From assembly GCF_009914755.1 (NCBI RefSeq), contig NC_060925.1: 64,000 nucleotides of DNA. The stretch is one strand, 5' to 3'. Shown here one piece after another: positions 57,815-64,000 of the stretch. The position numbers and the translations under genes were made by a program. A model generated the notes under the pieces. The model saw nothing but the letters and a program-made list of their open reading frames with translations. It had not been told where the DNA came from and ran no database searches. Origin of the DNA: the human T2T-CHM13v2.0 reference genome, Homo sapiens. Numbering within the stretch: position 1 is the stretch's first letter; each line of letters begins with the position of its first letter.

Positions 57815-57919
57815 GTGCTCATTTTGGCAGCACATATACTAAAGTTGCAATGATACAGAGAAGATTGGTGTGGCCCCTAGGCAAGGATGACATGCGAAGT
57901 GGTGAAGTGTTCCTTATTT
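57815..57919 (+). pseudogene. RNU6: U6 snRNA retropseudogene (full length, diverged)
   Basis: gtgctcattttggcagcacatatactaaagttgcaatgatacagagaagattggtgtggcccctaggcaaggatgacatgcgaagtggtgaagtgttccttattt aligns end to end with U6 and keeps ACAGAGA; the AGC triad is mutated; TSD aaatcctatggcct at 57801-57814 and 58237-58250 with poly-A. Confidence 0.93.
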
Positions 57920-58212
57920 ATTTATTTATTAAAACAGGGTCTTGCTCTGTCACTCAGGCTGGAGTGCAGTGGCATGACCATGGCTCTCTGCAGCCTTGAC
58001 TTCCTGGGCTTAAGCGATCCTCCCACCTCAGCCTCCCTGTTAGCTGGGACTATAGGCATGCACCACCATGCCCAGCAAATTTTTTCTATTTTTTGTAGAG
58101 ATGAGGTCTTACTATGTTGCCTAGGCTAGTCTCAAATTCCTGGGCTCAAGTGATCCTCCTACCTTGCCTCTCAAAATGTTGGGATTACAGATATAAGGCA
58201 CTGTACCCAGCT
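57915..58212 (-). mobile_element. Alu (AluJ-like) nested in the U6 pseudogene 3' end
   Basis: (attt)n tail; AluJ-type gcagccttgacttcctgggcttaagcgatcctcc; TSD gtgttccttatt / gtgttctatatt. Confidence 0.92.
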
Positions 58213-58746
58213 GTGTTCTATATTAAAAAAAAAAAGAAATCCTATGGCCTGATGGTATAGACGAAGCCCCTGCCAAAGCCAGAGGGGCTGGAGTAGGTAG
58301 AAAGCCGCCAAGGAGTCCGAGCGTTCTAGGTATTGACAAGACTTGAATTTTAGACTTCAAAATTGTGACATCAGTGAATGTTCCCCAAACAGATCGCAGC
58401 CTGGCTCCTGGAGGTCTGGATGTGCTAGGTGGGTCAGTAGGGTTGGAAGAGGGCCCTTGCATCTTTTTTGCTCTGTTTACATTTGTATGTCTGCTAGTAT
58501 ACAGAGTAGCTAAGGGATCCAAATGGGGGAAGGCCTTGGGTTCTAAACTGGCCTTTCATCCAAGTCCTGCTAAGAGCTCTTGTTCCTCAGTTTCCCCGGC
58601 TAGAATGATGAAAACATTGACCTATTTCTCAGAACAAGGTAGGTCAGGGGTTTGGAATTACTTATCTGGACTACTGCATAAGTGCTCCACTCAGCAGATT
58701 GCTCCTGGTGCAACACACATACTGGGAAACGATGTGATGACACTAG

Positions 58747-59119
<373 letters not shown>

Positions 59120-60439
59120 TAAAGCAAACACAGGCACAGTATTCTGGGCAAACCAGATGTTAATAGCTTGACCTCTCTGTCAAAGGAGGACTTGGTTGCT
59201 TAAGACCCTTAAAGCTGTCAAAGTTATAGCTTCTCCAGGATACTATCATCCTCACCCATTTCTTATTCTCTTTGCAGGGAGAGATCATCTCTCAAAAAGC
59301 TCCCATCAGAGCAACCATTCTGGGACTTTGAGCAGAATGCTTAAGGCAGTGGTTCTAAAATTCCACACCACCTGTTCTTCCAGTTGTGTCCTCTCTGAGC
59401 TGCCTCTGACGGTCACATTCCATGGCCATGTGCCACAGCAGACTTGTGATACTGATTTTAGTGTTGTCCTTGGCCATTGGGGGAAGGGAGGAAGGAGAGA
59501 GAAGAGAAGGGGAGAGAAGAAGAGAAATGGGAGTGGGGTCCATTCATCCATCTCTCTTGTCATTAGGGGCCCAGCAGTTCCCACTATGGTACCTAGGAAA
59601 CTAGCTTGGACCTGGAGGCCATCCAGTGACCTAGTCTGGGCCAGTAAAGCCACCAGGCCATTTTCCTGCTTCGGACATGCTTTCTCAGCTGCCCTCCCCC
59701 TTAGCTAAGGCTGAAATGACTCATCTTCCCGTGCCCTAGTTCCACGGGGTTTCATCTCTGTGACTCGGGACAGAGGCCTTGGTTGCCACCAAAGGCAGCT
59801 TATGGTGTAGCTTCAGGTCTGGCCTGACTCAGTGGCCTTCCCTCAGCTATTCACTACAGAGGCAGTTAATGAAGAAGACACAAGGGTAGCAGGCCTGAGG
59901 GATAACTTCAAGGCTAACGTGTCTTTTTTCCAGTACTTACTCTTCTTTTGAATTTTAAGAATTCCAGATTTTATTCTAAGTCAGAGAATACTGTGAGAAA
60001 GGATTTTATTGTATCCACTCTCTCCAAATGGTGTGAACATCTGGATTTGCATCCTTCCCATGACAGATATCACAAATTGGGTTGGGTTTTGCATGCTGAG
60101 GATGATTTTTGGTATTCAGCTAACACCCTTCCTTTAAGGAAGTTAGAACACTTGATAAATTTTAAGCTTTTGATCCTCAGTAGTACCCCTGGAAAATTAA
60201 GGTCCAGTGAGGTAAATTGTCTTGATTAATTATATGACATGCACTGCTTTTTGGTGGCTCTTTTGTTGTGTTTTGTTTTTTCTTTCTCCTTCATTTTGTT
60301 AAAATGAATTATGTGAATGTCCAGGTTAGCAGTGTTCTATTTTCATAGGATAAGCCCCATCTCTAGTACTGTTTATTTCCATTGTGCCTATTTTTCAGGG
60401 AACTCTGTGCATTTCCACATTTCCATCACCAGCTCTAAG

Positions 60440-60625
60440 AAGGTACACCTGCAGTTTGTTGTGACCCCGTTTCAGAACGGACAGAACCAAGTGCAGGCTT
60501 ACTCTATTTGGTAGAGACTGAGTCCCAGCAAGTAGAAGTGTCTTGCCAAGGGGATGCAATTATGAATAGGAAATGGAACTAAAAATAGAACCTAGGTATG
60601 ACCCCAGATATTTGACCACTCTCAC
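60440..60625 (-). mobile_element. MIR fragment
   Basis: gagactgagtcccagcaagtagaagtgtcttgccaagg...aatagaacctagg. Confidence 0.55.
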
Positions 60626-60844
60626 CAACATGATTTCTCCTTTTGGTCTCAGACCAGGACATTCAAGGCATCTCTCCATTTTCATATGGAGAAGCATCCA
60701 ACTATGTCTCAATGGTTGATTAGGAGACCATATCCTTCAGGAGTCATGTTGAAACTTGTCAGGGTAGTTCCTAAGGTCCTGAGGCCTAGGATAGTACTGT
60801 ATCCTGGCCCCATGAAATCTGTGGTAGATGGTAAGTGTTCAGTA

Positions 60845-61030
60845 TGAATTTATTTATTTGGTTAGGTGTTTTTTATCATGGTGAATACAGTTCCTTTAAT
60901 ATCAGCAAGGACTTAGTGAACATGTGCTCTTTGCCTCACAGAAAATAGAAAATGAGATATTAGAAGGAAATAGAACAAAAACTATCTGCCTTCAAGGAGC
61001 TCACAGTCTAGTTCTGGAGACTGGACATAA
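60845..61030 (-). mobile_element. L2 3' fragment
   Basis: tctgccttcaaggagctcacagtctag...ggagac. Confidence 0.6.
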
Positions 61031-61889
61031 GCAGTCTCTGCTCTCTGCTTGGACTGGTGTCACTGTGATCATTCTAAGGTAACGAGCCACCTTTTATTCT
61101 TTTACCCAGCCCAGTTGTTTCAGATGAAAGGATAGAGAAGCTGGCGTCTGCTGTGATGGAGGTGATGTTTTATTTTAAGATAAAGTATAGAAGCAACTGA
61201 TTGATGGATTATAAACTGGGAGGTCCAGGATAAAGCTTCATTCTGAGGGCATCAGTATATTTCACTGGGAGCCTCCTGGGCATTAATTCTGCCGTTAATT
61301 TTGTTATTAGAAACCTAGCCAAACAAAGGGAGGTGGCGAAGCTTGAGGCTGGTTTAACCTTGATGAAACAGTGATTTCACCAAGGATGATGTTGCCCCAT
61401 CCATCTTCATCCATCAAGGCACTGCTGAAATATGCTAATGAAGCCCAAAGATAGGAGCACAGAGCAGTTAAATGGGGCGTTGCAGACGCTCTCCGTACCC
61501 CCGTGACAGGGTGATGCCATTTACTCTCCAGATTTAGTATAGGAAAGAGAGCAATGCTGACGTGGTGTCGTGGTGGAAGATAGAATGGAGGCTCCACCTA
61601 ATAAAAAGAAAGGGCAAAGTTCAGGGTATATATTCTAGAAGAAGATGGGAAAACTTGGTTTTTGGTGAAGGGGTTGGTTTTCTTAATTCTCTTTGGCTCA
61701 CTTTCTAGCCAGTCCACACAAGAACCAGATATGTGGCATACTGCAGATAGGGCAACATTTTTAAGTTCCAGAATGTGACCTCCCACCATGTGCCAAAGCA
61801 AGTTATTTGTTACCATGTCAGTCTGCAGCACTGTTTGTTTCCAATGGTACATGAGCTAATACCTTGGCTTTATTTATTTATTTATTTAA

Positions 61890-62125
61890 GTTACAACCTT
61901 TTGGATACTTATGACATGCTGGGCATACTACTGAATTATTTTATATGTATTAATCTAATCAGATTCTTACAAATAGCCGACAAAGAAGCAAAGTTATCAC
62001 ATATATTTTATAGATGAAGTTTGAGAGGCTAAATTCATGTCCAAAATTATGTAACCAGTAAGTGGCATGGTTGGGGTTTAAACTCATGTCTACCTGACTC
62101 CAAAGCCCTTGTACAAAATCACTGT
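61890..62125 (-). mobile_element. MIR
   Basis: ttttatatgtattaatcta...ttttatagatgaag...gtaagtggcatggttggggtttaaactcatgtctacctgactccaaagccc. Confidence 0.75.
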
Positions 62126-64000
62126 GGTCTGAAGACTCTTATGTAGGTTATAGCTGAGAATCCCTGATAACCATTGGGAGCAGCTTGACTCACATATTTA
62201 TTGCTTGTATATTCTTTGGGTTCAGTTTAACTTTAACTTTGGCATTCCCTTCACAATTCTTTCTTTTGTAAATAGACTATAAGCTCTCTGAGGTCAGCAG
62301 CCAAGCCCTTTCTCTAATCTCCTAAATGTCGATGATGTCCCTAGTTTCTATGTGGAGTGTTTACTTTTGGCATCATGCTTCTAATATAGGGTTAAAAAAG
62401 GCTGGCCAGCTGCTTTCTGGTTTTCATTTCATACATTAGATGAAAGCCGTGGGGGATTTTACTTGTCTTTACAAGTTAATTCTACAGGATTCACAGTTAA
62501 ATTTCTGTTTCTTTGAATTTATTGGTGGATCCACTTTTGTTTCCTACTAGTACATTACCTATCTAGTCTATATCCAACTGTACAGAAAAAAGTAAACCGC
62601 AAATGAAATTTTATTATTATGTATTAAACAGCATCTTTGGAGCAGTCTATATTAGGAGGTGTGTGTCAAATTCTGCTCATCTTAGGACCCTAGACAGTTC
62701 CTCTAAGAGAGCCTGCCACCCTTCGCTTACAAAATGCAGACCCTGAGCTAAGAGGTGGTCTTGGGCAAATCAGGCAAAACAATTCCTAAATCTAAAACGT
62801 TTATCAGGTTTTGTTTTTTTTTTTCCTAAATGGAGATAAAGTTGGAAGTTAAAAGCAAAAAAGAAGGATGGATTAAAAAATATTTAAATAAGATGCCAAG
62901 TAACATGAATTGCCTGAAATAGACTGTTTCAGGATAAAAACTGTATCTTGGCCTTAATGTGTCTTGTGCCATTTATTAAATCAGTTCTGAACTTTGGGGA
63001 CTCCAGACTGTTATTAAAGAGTTAATAACCAAAGGCTTCAACGTCCAGGATGTTGTGTGGGTCAGTGTATCTTGCCAAGAGGTAACATCAGCCAGTGGAA
63101 TCAGTTGGGCTCTCCGTCTGGCAGATCTGTCTCTTTCAGCTGCTCCTCCTCCAGTTTCTAGTCTTGGAGTTCATATACAGTAAATCTTTCTCTTAATAAA
63201 GCCGTTTTTCAAATCTGACTTTGGACTAGGGACTGCTTTTTCTCCAAATGCAACAGCTGTTAAACATGGTGCATTGGGCACGGTGTATATCTCTTTGTTT
63301 AGTTTTGGGTTTTTAATATGAGCAGAGACATAAAGGAGTGGGAGGACTCTATCGATTTCTTTCTACCCATGAGTCATCCACTGGGTTTGGAAATAAGGCC
63401 TCCAGCCTCAAAAGGCTTCTGGGCTCCCTGGGCTTCTCACCCTTAAGGATGAAGCCTATTGTGCCCTAATAACCAGTACAGGATTCCCCCCCTTCTTTTG
63501 GTGAGATAGAATTGTAGAGCTCAAGGTGTCCGCCAGCAGAGGCCAGACCTTTTGGCCCCTATCTGTCCCATTTACATGGGGAAAAGCATTTTTGCCCCCT
63601 TGCTCTCTGGTCCTTCTGTCACTGTCTCTGTTCCCAATGCACTAGGGAGCATTAACTCCCTGAAGGGGAAAAAAGTTCACAAAAGAAATGAATTATGCAT
63701 ATGGAATTCATTTCCTTGATGAATAGGGAATCTGAACAAACTCCATGGCTGTTTGATTTTAAGGCAGAGGAGAAGGGGGGCTTAGGGCTAAAGAGTATAG
63801 TGGGGGGTGATCAAAAAGAACTTGGAACAAGAGAGGTGGGAGAAAAACCATGGCAGGAGGACTTGGGATGGAAATATTGAGGACAAAGTAAGGGGACCTT
63901 TGAAAATAGTTGAGGGCCCATTATTCTTGCCAACACGTACACACAGATATATACCTCACTCCCGATTAATGTGCAAATTTGTCCCCAGGGAAATTGGAAA

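Noticed and set aside
57815-57919. Functional U6 gene
   Set aside because: Multiple substitutions including the catalytic AGC triad, retroposition TSD and poly-A, no upstream PSE/TATA evident
59196-59708. 170-aa ORF
   Set aside because: Non-ATG start, purine-rich low-complexity segment, no recognisable product

Overview
Primate (almost certainly human) non-coding genomic DNA. I find no credible protein-coding exon: the ORF track consists of Alu-derived ORFs and chance ORFs. The window holds about 20 Alu/FLAM copies (15 antisense, 5 sense on the + strand), many old MIR and L2 fragments, hAT DNA-transposon relics (MER33, MER20, MER102-like) and one MaLR solo LTR. It also has two copies of the rare tRNA-derived MamSINE1, an L1PA 3' stub of about 55 bp, and a U6 snRNA retropseudogene with an antisense Alu nested in its 3' end. 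L1 is nearly absent, and many unique blocks are CpG-retaining or rich in homeobox, RFX or AP-1 motifs. This fits a very long, enhancer-dense intron of a developmental regulator transcribed on the + strand; unverified recollection suggests PBX1 intron 2, which needs BLAT confirmation. The most interesting candidates are four composite acceptor|donor (recursive-splicing-like) motifs spaced about 14-16 kb apart, an L2-L2 miRNA-like hairpin, inverted Alu pairs, a perfect RFX X-box palindrome, overlapping PBX-HOX sites and a perfect-Kozak smORF. None is established as a new biological system from sequence alone. Repeat subfamily calls and old-repeat boundaries are by eye and approximate.
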